A DNA stretch of 64,000 nt from a bacterium (GCA_021802045.1 JAKABB010000002.1:17681-81680); one strand, 5' to 3'; numbered from the stretch's first letter, positions 20,861-30,577 are shown. Made by a program: numbers and translations. The notes: a model not told the origin generated them from the letters alone.

Positions 20861-22174
20861 ATGAGGCGCGCCAGTCCCCGCTCGCGGGATGGGCCGGCCG
20901 CGGTCGGGGTGCGCGCGGTCGGGGTCGACGTGACCGCGGTCGCCAGGATCGCGGCCCTCCTGGAACGCCAGCCGCGCTTCCGGGTGCGGTGCTTCACCGC
21001 CGGCGAGGCCGCAACCTGCGGCCGGCGGCCGGAGCGCTGGGCCAGCCGCTGGGCCGCCAAGGAAGCGGTGCGCAAGGTCTACGGGCGCATGGGTTGGCGG
21101 ATTCCCGCGTACCGCGCGATCGAAGTGGTGCGTCCCCGCGGCCAGGCGCCGGTGGTGGCGGTCAACGGAGGGCTGGTGCCGGGGCTGGAGATCAGCTTGA
21201 CCCACGACGCAGGGGTCGCGATCGCGATAGCGGCCCTGGGCGGGCTGGAGCCGCCGGGGAGCGCCGCCCCGCCGTCGCAGGCCTCCATCCCCCTCGACCT
21301 CCGCCTGCCCGACCGCCCGGCCCAGAGCCACAAGGGCACCTACGGCACGGTGCTCGTGGTGGCCGGCGGGGGCAGCTTCCCCGGGGCGGCGGCGCTGTGT
21401 GCCCTGGGTGCGCTCCGGGGCGGCGCGGGCAAGGTCGCCTGCGCGACGCCCCTGGGCCCCGGGGGCGTCGCGGCCTTCCCCGCCGAGGTGATCCTGCGCC
21501 TCCTGCCGGTAGAGGGGGGTGGGGGCGTCGGCGCCGCGGCGGTATCCGCGCTGGGCGAGGACCTCGCCGGGGCGGCCGCCGTCGTCTGCGGCCCGGGGCT
21601 GGGGCAGGCGGCCCCGACCGCCGCCTTCCTGGCGGCGCTCATGCGGGACGTCCGGCCGGGCTGCCCGCTGGTCCTTGACGCCGATGCTCTCAACCTCTGC
21701 GCCCGGGACCCCGACCTGCGGGCGCTGATCCCGGCGGGCGCCATCCTCACCCCCCACCCGGCCGAGATGGGGCGGCTGCTCGGGCTCTCGACCGCGGCCA
21801 TCCAGGCGGATCGCGCGTCGGCGGCGGGCACCCTTGCGCGCGAGGTGGCGGGGGTGGTTGTGCTCAAGGGGGCTGGCACCGTCATCGCCGACGCCGGCGG
21901 TCGCAGGGCCGTCGACCCACATGCGACGGCGGTCCTGGCCACCGGCGGCACCGGTGACGTACTGGCCGGACTCATCGCCGCTCTCGCCGCCCAGGGATTG
22001 GCCCCCTTCGAGGCGGCCCGGGCGGGGGTGTTCCTCCATGGCGAGGCCGGTGCGATCCTGGAGCGCGAGCGTGGCCGGGCCGGCCTCCTGGCCAGCGAGG
22101 TGGCTGACGCCTGTGTCGGGGCCCAGGAGACGGTGCGACGGGCCCAGGCCGGTCTGGGGCCCGCCGCCTGCTGA
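20861..22174 (+). CDS. Fusion: holo-ACP synthase AcpS (N-term) + NAD(P)HX dehydratase NnrD (C-term)
   Basis: AcpS: VGVD, FTAGE, RWAAKEA..K, SLTHD. NnrD: HKGTYG, GPGLG, LDADAL, TPHPAE, VLKG, ATGGTGDVLAG. One uninterrupted frame. Confidence 0.88.
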   Translation: MRRASPRSRDGPAAVGVRAVGVDVTAVARIAALLERQPRFRVRCFTAGEAATCGRRPERWASRWAAKEAVRKVYGRMGWRIPAYRAIEVVRPRGQAPVVAVNGGLVPGLEISLTHDAGVAIAIAALGGLEPPGSAAPPSQASIPLDLRLPDRPAQSHKGTYGTVLVVAGGGSFPGAAALCALGALRGGAGKVACATPLGPGGVAAFPAEVILRLLPVEGGGGVGAAAVSALGEDLAGAAAVVCGPGLGQAAPTAAFLAALMRDVRPGCPLVLDADALNLCARDPDLRALIPAGAILTPHPAEMGRLLGLSTAAIQADRASAAGTLAREVAGVVVLKGAGTVIADAGGRRAVDPHATAVLATGGTGDVLAGLIAALAAQGLAPFEAARAGVFLHGEAGAILERERGRAGLLASEVADACVGAQETVRRAQAGLGPAAC

Positions 22175-22177
22175 GCC

Positions 22178-24715
22178 GTGCTCACCCTCGACGCGCTGCT
22201 GGCGGCGGCGGCCCCGTACTCGCCGGCCGTGCTGTGCCGGGGGGCGCTGGAGTTCACCGAGGCCGCCTACGACTCCCGCAACGTCCGTGGTGGCGAGCTC
22301 TTCGTCGCGGTCCGCACGCCCAACGCCGACGGGCACGCCCATCTGGCCGACGCGGTGGCTGGCGGCGCCACCGGGTGCCTGGTCGAACGCGACCTGCAAC
22401 CTGAGGAGCTGGGTGTGGCCGGCGCGACGGTGGTCCGGGTGACGGACGTGCTGGCCACCCTGCGGGCGGTGGCCCGCCAGCAGCTGGGCACTCGGCGCGG
22501 GCGCGCGGTGGCGGTGGCCGGCAGCCTGGGCAAGAGCACCACCCAGGCCGCCCTGGTGGCGGCCTGGGGCGCCACCGGGGCTGAGCCCTTCGCCAATGGC
22601 GACCAGAACGACTCCTACGGGCTGCCGATCGCGCTGACGCGAGCCCCGGCCGGAGCCGCCGACTACCTGCTGGAGGTGGCCGGCACCTCCAGCGACGAGT
22701 ACCGGGAGCTGGCCACCATGATCCGGCCCGAGGTCGTCTGCCTGGTCGGGGCGGTTGATGCGGAGGCCCTCTACTGGCGGCGGCGGGCGGCGGCGGTCCG
22801 GGACTTCGGGTTGCTGGCCGGCCCCGGCAGCGTGCTGGTCGCTCCCATCGACGAACCCGATCTGGCCGCCGCCGGCCGGGCCGACCGCCTGCTCACCTTC
22901 GGGGGGGCGGGCAGCGGGGCGAGCGTCGAGGTCAGCGGCGCTCCGCTCCCGGACGGGGCCGGGACCCGCTGCGTGGTCCGGGACCCTGGCGGGGCGCAGA
23001 CGGTGGTGGTGCCCCTGCTCGGGCCGGCGGCGCTCCGAGCGGTGGGCGCCGCCGCCACCACCCTCCTGGCCCTCGGCCTGCCGCTCGAGCGAGGGATCCA
23101 GGCCTTGGCCGCGATGGTCCCGCCGCCGGGCCGGGTCCGGCGGCTCGCGGGCGCGCGCGTGCGCTGGGTGCTGGACGACACCGTGGACGCGACCCCGGCG
23201 GCGACGGTGCACGCGCTGCGGGTCCTGCAGAGCCTGCCCCGACCGCGGGTGGCCGTGCTGGGCGAGTTCAGCCGGCGGCCCCTGCGCCGCGGCGAGCGGG
23301 CCGCACTGCGGGCGGGCCTCCAGACCCTGGATGGCCTGGTGCTCTACCGGCCGGGGGAGTGGTCGGCGGCGATGGCCGCCGGGACCGCCCGGCCTGCAGG
23401 CCGGGGGCGGGTGGCGCCGGCCGAGACCGTGTCCGAGGCGGTGGCGGCCGCTGACGAACTGGTTCGCGAGGCGATGGGCGCCGCTAGAGGGCCAAGCGGC
23501 TCGATCCTGGTCAAGGCCCTGGGCTCCCGGGCGGCGGAGCGGATCACGGCGGGCCTGGCCGCCCCCGGGGCGGCCCTGGTGCGCCAGGACCCGGGCCACC
23601 GCGCCCTCCCGTTCACCTCCCGGCTCCGCCCCACCTGGGTGGAGATCGACGTGGCCGCCCTCGGCGCCAACGTGGCCGAGGTGGCGGCGGCCGTGCGGCC
23701 GGCGGCGCTCATGGCCGTGGTCAAGGCGGACGGCTACGGGCACGGCGCGCTCCAGGTCGCGCGGACCGCGCTCCGCCACGGCGCGGAGTGGGTCGCCGTC
23801 GCCACCGTGGCCGAGGGCCTGGCCCTGCGCCATGGCGGGATCGACGCCCCGTGCCTGGTGCTGGGCCACACCCCCGCCTGGCAGGTCGCGACCGCCGTGG
23901 ACGCCGGGCTGACGGTGACCGTCTTCGACCCCGACGTGCTGCGGGCGCTGGACGGGGCTGGCCGCCGACGGGGGCTGGCGGCCGAGGCCCACGTCAAGGT
24001 GGACACGGGCATGAGCCGTCTGGGACTGCGCCCGGAGGCCGTTGGGCCGTTCGTGGCCCAGGCTCGCTCCCTCCGCGGCGTCAGCCTCAGCGGCTGCTAC
24101 ACCCACCTGCGGCGGGGCGAGGATGCTCCCACCACCCGCCGGCAGCTGGCGCGGTTCCGGGCCGCCCTGGACGGTGCGGCCGTGGTTGGCCATGGGTTCC
24201 GGTGGGTCCACGCCGCCAACAGCGCGGGCTGGCACACCGTCCCCGAGGCCCGGCTGACCCTGGTCCGCTCGGGCATTGAACTGTTGGGCCTGCGAACGCC
24301 GGACGGTCGCCGGCGCCGGCCGGTGCTCCAGTTCAAGACTCGGATCGCGCAGGTTCGAGAGATCGGACGGGGGACGGCGGTCGGCTACGGCACTGTCTTC
24401 ACCGCTCCCCACCGCATGCGGCTGGCCACGATCCCTGTGGGCTACGGGGATGGGTTTCGGCGCGGTCCCCGGCATTGGGGCGAGGTCCTGGTCCGGGGCC
24501 GGCCGGCTCCGATCGTGGGGGCCGTGTGCATGGACCTCACCATGATCGATGTCAGTGACGTGCCGGCAGCGGCGGTGGGGGACCACGTGGTCCTGATCGG
24601 GCGGCAGGGGACCCTTGAGCTGAGCGCGGAGATGGTGGCTGAGCGCCTGGGGACCAGCAACTACGAGGTGGTGGCCCAGATCCTCCCCCGGGTGCCCCGC
24701 GAGCCGCTGGGCTGA
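22178..24715 (+). CDS. alr: Fusion: MurF-like Mur-ligase domain (degenerate) + alanine racemase
   Basis: N-term DSR, LFVA, DGH, GSLGKSTT. C-term AVVKADGYGHG, KVDTGMSRLG, ANSA, VGYG, GYGDG, VCMD, RVPR. Confidence 0.9.
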   Translation: MLTLDALLAAAAPYSPAVLCRGALEFTEAAYDSRNVRGGELFVAVRTPNADGHAHLADAVAGGATGCLVERDLQPEELGVAGATVVRVTDVLATLRAVARQQLGTRRGRAVAVAGSLGKSTTQAALVAAWGATGAEPFANGDQNDSYGLPIALTRAPAGAADYLLEVAGTSSDEYRELATMIRPEVVCLVGAVDAEALYWRRRAAAVRDFGLLAGPGSVLVAPIDEPDLAAAGRADRLLTFGGAGSGASVEVSGAPLPDGAGTRCVVRDPGGAQTVVVPLLGPAALRAVGAAATTLLALGLPLERGIQALAAMVPPPGRVRRLAGARVRWVLDDTVDATPAATVHALRVLQSLPRPRVAVLGEFSRRPLRRGERAALRAGLQTLDGLVLYRPGEWSAAMAAGTARPAGRGRVAPAETVSEAVAAADELVREAMGAARGPSGSILVKALGSRAAERITAGLAAPGAALVRQDPGHRALPFTSRLRPTWVEIDVAALGANVAEVAAAVRPAALMAVVKADGYGHGALQVARTALRHGAEWVAVATVAEGLALRHGGIDAPCLVLGHTPAWQVATAVDAGLTVTVFDPDVLRALDGAGRRRGLAAEAHVKVDTGMSRLGLRPEAVGPFVAQARSLRGVSLSGCYTHLRRGEDAPTTRRQLARFRAALDGAAVVGHGFRWVHAANSAGWHTVPEARLTLVRSGIELLGLRTPDGRRRRPVLQFKTRIAQVREIGRGTAVGYGTVFTAPHRMRLATIPVGYGDGFRRGPRHWGEVLVRGRPAPIVGAVCMDLTMIDVSDVPAAAVGDHVVLIGRQGTLELSAEMVAERLGTSNYEVVAQILPRVPREPLG

Positions 24716-24750
24716 GCCGGCCAGGGTCCTGAGGTGACCGGGCGCGCTCG

Positions 24751-24756
24751 TACACT
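24751..24756 (+). promoter_or_regulatory. -10 box (TACACT) 6 nt before thiE GTG; probable leaderless start
   Basis: cgTACACTgggaggGTG. Confidence 0.5.
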
Positions 24757-24762
24757 GGGAGG

Positions 24763-25446
24763 GTGGCCGACGCGTTCTCGACGGGCTGGGCGCGGCGGGC
24801 GCGCCTCGCGGCGGTCCGCCTGTACCTGGTGACCGACGATGCCACCCCGGCCGGCCGGCTGCCGTCGGTGGTCCGGGCCGCGGTGGCAGGAGGCGTGGAC
24901 GCCGTCCAGCTCCGCCGCAAGGGCGTCCCCTGGCCCGAACTGGTGCCGCTGGCGCGGGCCTGCCGGCGCGCCGCGCACGAAGGGGGTGCCCTCTTCTTCG
25001 TCAACGACCACGTCGAGCTGGCGCTGGAGGTCGACGCCGACGGTGTCCACCTCGGGCAGGAGGACCAGCCCCTGGCAGCGGCGCGAGCCCGAGTGGGGGC
25101 GGCGCGGCTCCTGGGCGCCTCCACCCATGCCGCGGTCCAGGCGGCCGCGGCGGTCGCGGGCGGCGCGGACTACGTCGCCGCGGGCCCGGTGCATGCCACC
25201 CCCACCAAAGCCGGGCGCCCAGCGGTCGGCCTCGGCTACGTGACGGCGGCCGCCGCCATCGCGACCTGCCCGGTGGTGGCGATCGGCGGGCTGGACCTGG
25301 GCAATGCCGCCGCCGCCATCGGCGCGGGCGCCGACGCGGTGGCGGTGGTGCGGGCCATCTGCGCCGCCCCGGACCCGGGAGCGGCGGCGGCCAACCTCCG
25401 GCGCGAGCTGCTGGCCGCGGCGGCCACGGGGGTGGCGACCCGGTGA
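24763..25446 (+). CDS. thiE: Thiamine-phosphate synthase
   Basis: LYLVTD, VQLRRK, VNDH, DGVHLGQED, GASTH, TPTK, AIGG. Confidence 0.96.
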   Translation: MADAFSTGWARRARLAAVRLYLVTDDATPAGRLPSVVRAAVAGGVDAVQLRRKGVPWPELVPLARACRRAAHEGGALFFVNDHVELALEVDADGVHLGQEDQPLAAARARVGAARLLGASTHAAVQAAAAVAGGADYVAAGPVHATPTKAGRPAVGLGYVTAAAAIATCPVVAIGGLDLGNAAAAIGAGADAVAVVRAICAAPDPGAAAANLRRELLAAAATGVATR

Positions 25447-25661
25447 ACGAGCATGGGGCGGTCGAGGTGATGGCCAACGGGGAACCGCGCTCGGTCCCGG
25501 CCGGGAGCACGGTGGCGGCGCTCCTGGAGCGGCTGGCGGTGGACCCTGCGACCGTGGTGGTGGAACGGAACGGGACGATCCTGCGCGGCCCGGCGCTGGG
25601 CCAGGTCGTGCTGGAGCCCGGTGATGTGCTCGAGATCGTCCACTTCGTGGGAGGAGGCTGA
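25443..25661 (+). CDS. thiS: Sulfur carrier protein ThiS
   Basis: Ubiquitin-like, ends EIVHFVGGG. Confidence 0.96.
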   Translation: MNEHGAVEVMANGEPRSVPAGSTVAALLERLAVDPATVVVERNGTILRGPALGQVVLEPGDVLEIVHFVGGG

Positions 25662-25662
25662 G

Positions 25663-26520
25663 ATGCCCAAGGACCTCATGGCCGCGCCTGCCGACCCGCA
25701 GGCGCCGGCGCAACCGGGCGGCGCCGACGACCGGTTGCGCATCGGCGACCGGGTGCTGACCTCGCGGCTCATCCACGGGACCGGACGCTTCCCCTCGAGC
25801 GCGGTCCTGGCCGCCTGCATCGCGGCGGCCGGCCCGGGCATGCTGACCGTGGCCGTTCGCCGCCTGCACCTCGACGGCGACCGTCGCTCGGAGCTCGAGG
25901 GGCTGGACCTTCGCCGCTATCCGCTGCTCCCCAACACCGCCGGCGCGCGGACCGCGGCCGAGGCGGTGCGCCTGGCGCGGTTGGGGCGCGCCGCCGGCCT
26001 GTCGGACTGGGTCAAGGTGGAGGTGGTCGGCGACCCCGACACCCTGCTGCCGGATCCGGTGGAGACCCTGGAGGCGACTCGCCAGCTGGTGGCGGAGGGC
26101 TTCACGGTGCTGCCCTACACCAGCGACGACGTGGTGCTGGCGTTCCGTCTGGCGGAGGCCGGCGCGGCGGCGGTGATGCCGGGCGCGGCCCCCATCGGCA
26201 CCACCCTGGGGGTCCAGAATATCCACAACCTTCGCCTGATCATTGCCCGCTGCCCGGTACCCGTCATCGTCGACGCCGGCCTTGGGGTGCCCTCCGATGC
26301 GACCCGCGTCATGGAGTGGGGGGCGGCCGGCGTCCTGGTCAACACCGCCATCGCCCGGGCCGGCGACCCCGTGGCCATGGCGGCGGCCTTCGCCGGCGGC
26401 ATCGCCGCCGGCCGGGCGGCCCACCGCGCTGGACCGGCGGAGTGGCGGGCAGGCGGTCACGGGGCCAGCTCCCCGGCGTCCGGCCTGCCCACCGCTCCGA
26501 ACACCCCGTCGGCGCCCTGA
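25663..26520 (+). CDS. thiG: Thiazole synthase
   Basis: LPNTAG, WVKVEV, LLPD, VMP, APIG, IVDAG, LVNTA. Confidence 0.96.
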   Translation: MPKDLMAAPADPQAPAQPGGADDRLRIGDRVLTSRLIHGTGRFPSSAVLAACIAAAGPGMLTVAVRRLHLDGDRRSELEGLDLRRYPLLPNTAGARTAAEAVRLARLGRAAGLSDWVKVEVVGDPDTLLPDPVETLEATRQLVAEGFTVLPYTSDDVVLAFRLAEAGAAAVMPGAAPIGTTLGVQNIHNLRLIIARCPVPVIVDAGLGVPSDATRVMEWGAAGVLVNTAIARAGDPVAMAAAFAGGIAAGRAAHRAGPAEWRAGGHGASSPASGLPTAPNTPSAP

Positions 26521-26558
26521 CCCCTCCTGCCCCGCCCATCGGACGGGATCGCTGGTCG

Positions 26559-27572
26559 GTGCCGGGCCCGACCCTGGCCGAGGTGGGGGAGGAGGCCCTG
26601 CTCCGGGAGTTGATCCGGGCGACGGCCGGTGGCGCGGCCGCCCTGCCGGTGCCCGCCGGGGACGACGCGGCGGCGTGGCGCCCGCCGCCGGGCGAGCTGG
26701 TGGTGGTCACGACCGACACCATCGTCGAGGACATCGACTTCCGGCGCCGCTACCAGGGTCCCTGGGAGGTGGGCTGGAAGGCCTACGCCGTCTGCGTCTC
26801 CGATCTGGCGGCGATGGGGGCGCGACCTGGCTTGGTGGTGATGGCGGCGGCCGCCCCGGGCTCGACCACGGCCGCCGCCCTGACCGACATCCAGATGGGC
26901 CTGCTCGCCGCCGCCGCTGCCGATGGCACCTTGGTCGCCGGAGGGGACCTCAGCGCGACGATGGGTCCGCTGGTGGTGACGGTGACGGCCGTGGGCTCGG
27001 TGGACGAGGCCCGCTGTCTGCGCCGCTCCGCGGCCAGGCCCGGGGACCTGGTCGTCGTGACCGGCGCCTTCGGCGGGGCCGCCGCCGCCCTCGGGGCGCT
27101 GGAGGCCGGGACCGAGCCGCCGCCGGCCTGGGGCGAGCGACTGCGGCTGCCGCGGCCACGCCTCTCCTGCGGCGCGCGCCTGGGCGCGCTGGGCGTCCGG
27201 GCCGCAGTGGACTGCAGCGACGGCCTGCTCGTGGACCTGGGCCGGCTGGCCAGCGCCAGCGATTGCGGGGCCGACCTCTGGCTTGACCGCGTCCCGACCG
27301 CGCCCGGGCTGTCGGCGACGGGGGACGCGCGGGTCCGGGACCTGGTGCTGGGCGGCGGCGAGGACTTCGAGCTGATCGCCGCCGCCCCGCCGGCGCTGGT
27401 GGAGCGGGCCCTGGCCGCCTGGCCACGGACTGACCCCCCCCTGCACGTGGTCGGGCGCGTGCAGTCCGAGGGTGGCGTTCGGGTCCTGGCGCGTGAGGGG
27501 GGTGAGGAGCTGACGCTGACGGGAGGCGGCGGCTACCAGCATTTCCAGCCCCGGCCGGTGGACGGGGCGTGA
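26559..27572 (+). CDS. thiL: Thiamine-monophosphate kinase
   Basis: GDDAA, SDLAAMG, GGDL, DCSDGL, GGEDFEL, GYQHF; start uncertain (GTG 26559 or CTG 26517). Confidence 0.93.
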   Translation: MPGPTLAEVGEEALLRELIRATAGGAAALPVPAGDDAAAWRPPPGELVVVTTDTIVEDIDFRRRYQGPWEVGWKAYAVCVSDLAAMGARPGLVVMAAAAPGSTTAAALTDIQMGLLAAAAADGTLVAGGDLSATMGPLVVTVTAVGSVDEARCLRRSAARPGDLVVVTGAFGGAAAALGALEAGTEPPPAWGERLRLPRPRLSCGARLGALGVRAAVDCSDGLLVDLGRLASASDCGADLWLDRVPTAPGLSATGDARVRDLVLGGGEDFELIAAAPPALVERALAAWPRTDPPLHVVGRVQSEGGVRVLAREGGEELTLTGGGGYQHFQPRPVDGA

Positions 27573-28021
27573 CCGCGGTGTCCCGGACCAGTGGTTCGGA
27601 GGCCGAGACCCTGGCTCTCGGCGAGCGTCTGGGGCGGTGCCTGCGAGCCGGTGACGCTGTGGCTCTCGACGGGCCCCTCGGGGCGGGCAAGACGGTGCTG
27701 GTCCGGGGGCTGGTGGCCGGGGCCGGAGCCGTGGGCGCAGTCCGCAGTCCCACCTTCGTGCTCCACGCCGTCCACCCCGGGCCCCTGCCCGTCCACCACC
27801 TGGACCTGTATCGCCTGGCCCCCTCCCTGGACCCGCGCACGCTGGGGCTCGACGAGATGCTGGAGACCGGGGCGGCCCTGGTGGAGTGGGCGGAGCGCGT
27901 GGGGCCCGACCCGCTGGGCTGGTTCAATGCCCGCTGCCGAATCTCGATCGTCGGGCCCACGGCCCGGGAGCTGGCGCTGACGGGGCCCGGGCGCCTCTGC
28001 GCGGCCTGGACCCGTGGCTGA
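27569..28021 (+). CDS. tsaE: t6A biosynthesis ATPase TsaE
   Basis: GPLGAGKT, SPTF, HLDLYRL, VEW. Confidence 0.95.
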   Translation: MTAVSRTSGSEAETLALGERLGRCLRAGDAVALDGPLGAGKTVLVRGLVAGAGAVGAVRSPTFVLHAVHPGPLPVHHLDLYRLAPSLDPRTLGLDEMLETGAALVEWAERVGPDPLGWFNARCRISIVGPTARELALTGPGRLCAAWTRG

Positions 28022-28652
28022 AGCCCCGGCGCCGTCCGGGACCTGCTGGCTGGCGGTCGACGCGGCCACCCGCGGGGCGGTCCTGGTGGCCCTGGTCGGC
28101 GTGGACGGGGCCCTGCGCGCCGGCGGCCTGATCACGGGAGAGGAGGCGGCGCTGTCCAGGGCCGTCCGGGACGCTCTCGCCGCCGCCGGGGCGCAGCTGG
28201 GCGGCGTCGTGGCCGGGCACGGCCCCGGCTCCTACACCGGCCTGCGGGTGGGCCTGGCCGCGGCCCTGGGGGTCGCCCAGGGCCGCGGCCTGCCTCTTTG
28301 GACCGTGCCCAGCCTGCAGGTGACGGCCTGGCGGCTGGACCCGCTGGCGGACGCCTGCGTGGTGGTCCACGCCGCCGGGCGGTCAGCCCACTTCCGGCAA
28401 CGCTTCCTGGCCCGCGCGGGCCGCTGGGTCCCGTCGGCCCCGGCCCTCTGGCTGCCGCGCGGGGTGGACCCCGGGGAGGGCACGGCGGCCTGGGAGCCGG
28501 TCGTCTGGGAGCCTGAGACGCTGGGCGCGGCCCGGGGGGCCGTCCGCGACCGCCTCGGGGCCCTGGCCCGGTGTGCCCTGGCGGCGGCCGGGAGTGCGAA
28601 GCCCGTTGCGTATCATGAGGTCCACGCGGAGTACGGGATTCCCTGGACCTAG
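28014..28652 (+). CDS. tsaB: t6A biosynthesis protein TsaB
   Basis: LAVDAAT, GPGSYTGLRVG; between tsaE and rimI. Confidence 0.88.
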   Translation: MAEAPAPSGTCWLAVDAATRGAVLVALVGVDGALRAGGLITGEEAALSRAVRDALAAAGAQLGGVVAGHGPGSYTGLRVGLAAALGVAQGRGLPLWTVPSLQVTAWRLDPLADACVVVHAAGRSAHFRQRFLARAGRWVPSAPALWLPRGVDPGEGTAAWEPVVWEPETLGAARGAVRDRLGALARCALAAAGSAKPVAYHEVHAEYGIPWT

Positions 28653-28654
28653 TC

Positions 28655-29218
28655 GTGGGCGTGATGGTTCTGATAGCCGGGCTCGCGGTCGACGCCATGC
28701 GGGCGGAGGATATCCCCGAGGTGCAGGCCATCGAGCGGGAAGTCTTCCTGACCCCGTGGCCCAAGAACGCCTATCAGCGAGAGCTGCTGCAGAACCGGGC
28801 CGCCCGCTACTTGGTCCTGCGGCAGGCCGACGTGATCCGCGGCTACGGCGGGCTGTGGCAGGTCGGTGAGGAGGCCCACGTCACCACCATCGGCGTCCGC
28901 CGGCAGGACCAGGGGCAGGGCCTGGGGCGGGCCCTGTTCGCGGCTCTGCTGTGCCAGGCCTACGAGCTCGGAGCGCGCTGGGTCACCCTGGAGGTTCGGG
29001 CCAGCAACGACGCGGCCATCCACCTCTACGAGCGGTTCCGCTTCAAGATCATCGGCCGCCGCCGCGGCTACTACACCGACGACGGGGAGGACGCCCTGGT
29101 GATGTGGAGCGACAACCTCCACGCTCCGGGCTTCAAGGAGAATTTCAGCGCCCTCCTGACCGGGCTGGATGTCGCAGGCGTCGGCTCCCCCCCGCCGGCC
29201 GAGTACCCAGTCCGGTGA
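28655..29218 (+). CDS. rimI: Ribosomal-protein-alanine N-acetyltransferase
   Basis: PW, EAHVTTI, QGQGLG, LEVRASN, LY, RRGYY, EDALVM; start uncertain. Confidence 0.93.
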   Translation: MGVMVLIAGLAVDAMRAEDIPEVQAIEREVFLTPWPKNAYQRELLQNRAARYLVLRQADVIRGYGGLWQVGEEAHVTTIGVRRQDQGQGLGRALFAALLCQAYELGARWVTLEVRASNDAAIHLYERFRFKIIGRRRGYYTDDGEDALVMWSDNLHAPGFKENFSALLTGLDVAGVGSPPPAEYPVR

Positions 29219-30222
29219 GCCTGCTGGCCATCGAGACCTCGTGCGACGAGACGGCGGCCGCGGTGGTCGGCCCCGACCTGTCAATCCACAGCTCGATCGT
29301 CGCGTCCCAGGCGGCCGCCCACGCGGCCTATGGGGGCGTGGTCCCCGAACTCGCGGCCCGCATGCACCTGGAGCGGATCGCCGAGGTGACGGCGGCCGCG
29401 CTGGCGGCGGCGCCTGGCGGCTGGGGCGGTATCACCGGTGTGGCCGTCACCCGGGGCCCCGGCCTGGCCGGCTGCCTGCTGGTGGGCACCGCCTACGCCG
29501 ACGCCCTGGCGGGAGCCCGGGGGCTGCCGGTGGTCGGGGTCAGCCACATGGCGGGGCACGTCTGGGCCGCGCAGCTGGCCGACCCGGCCCTCCGGCCTCC
29601 GTTCGTGGCGCTGGTGGTGAGCGGGGGCCATACCGAGCTCATCCACGTCGAGGCCCCGGGGGCCGTCCGCCTGCTGGGGGCCACCCGGGACGACGCGGTG
29701 GGGGAGGCGTTCGACAAGGTGGCCCGGCTGCTGGGACTGCCCTACCCCGGCGGCCCGGCCATCGACGTCAGCGCCCGCACCGGCAACCCTGCCCGCCACC
29801 GCCTGCCGCGTCCGATCCTGCCCGATTTCGGCTTCTCGTTCAGCGGGCTGAAGACCGCGGTGCGCTACCTGCTCGACGACCTGCGGGTGGGGGACCAGCC
29901 CCTCGCCACGACGGCCCAGGCCGATGTCGCCGCCAGCTTCCAGGCGGCCGCGGTCGACACCCTCTGCACCCAGCTGGAGGCCGCCATCGAGTACACCGGG
30001 GCGCCCAGGGCGATCATCGTCGGGGGGGTGGCCAGCAACCGCAGCCTGCGAGAGGAGGCGGCCCGGCGCTGCCGGGGGCTGGCCGAGCTGACCATCCCGC
30101 CACCCGCCCTGTGCACCGACAACGCCGCCATGGTGGGCGCCGCGGGCTGGGAGATCGTCCGGCGCCGCGGCTTCGATGACGGACCGCTGTCGGTGGACCC
30201 GGGCCTGGCCAGCTACATCTGA
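29215..30222 (+). CDS. tsaD: tRNA N6-adenosine threonylcarbamoyltransferase
   Basis: IETSCDET, GGVVPE, SGGHT, DDAVGEAFDK, FSFSGLKT, CTDNAAM. Confidence 0.97.
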   Translation: MSLLAIETSCDETAAAVVGPDLSIHSSIVASQAAAHAAYGGVVPELAARMHLERIAEVTAAALAAAPGGWGGITGVAVTRGPGLAGCLLVGTAYADALAGARGLPVVGVSHMAGHVWAAQLADPALRPPFVALVVSGGHTELIHVEAPGAVRLLGATRDDAVGEAFDKVARLLGLPYPGGPAIDVSARTGNPARHRLPRPILPDFGFSFSGLKTAVRYLLDDLRVGDQPLATTAQADVAASFQAAAVDTLCTQLEAAIEYTGAPRAIIVGGVASNRSLREEAARRCRGLAELTIPPPALCTDNAAMVGAAGWEIVRRRGFDDGPLSVDPGLASYI

Positions 30223-30577
30223 CCGGTGCCAGCATGCACGGGGACCGGGCGCATGCCCGCCGCGCGTCACCGCGGTGGAGCTGCCCGCGGCCTGACGGAC
30301 AGTCGACGAGCGCGCCGTCGACCCCCGGGCCCTCTCCCCCCGGGCCGGGCCGGGCCGGACGCCGGCCGCGGCCCCGGCGCCGTCCGGCGCTCCGCCCGGC
30401 TCCGCTACCATCGGGGTCGGGAGGATGGATCCGCGAGGGCGCGCCCGGACACCCGCCGGCCGTGCCTCGCCCCGGCGGCCGTTGGGGGGCCGGGCCGGTC
30501 GCACCCCCGCCGCCCTGGCCTGGGGCTCCGGGTGCCCGGTCGAGCCCGCAGCCCCCGGTCCCGCCGGGCGCGACGCC

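Noticed and set aside
24705..24762. TPP riboswitch before thiE
   Set aside because: Only GCTGAG is present; other conserved elements are missing and the spacer is too short
30223..30577. GC-rich spacer before groES with short ORFs and hairpins
   Set aside because: No convincing RBS, protein motif or recognisable RNA family
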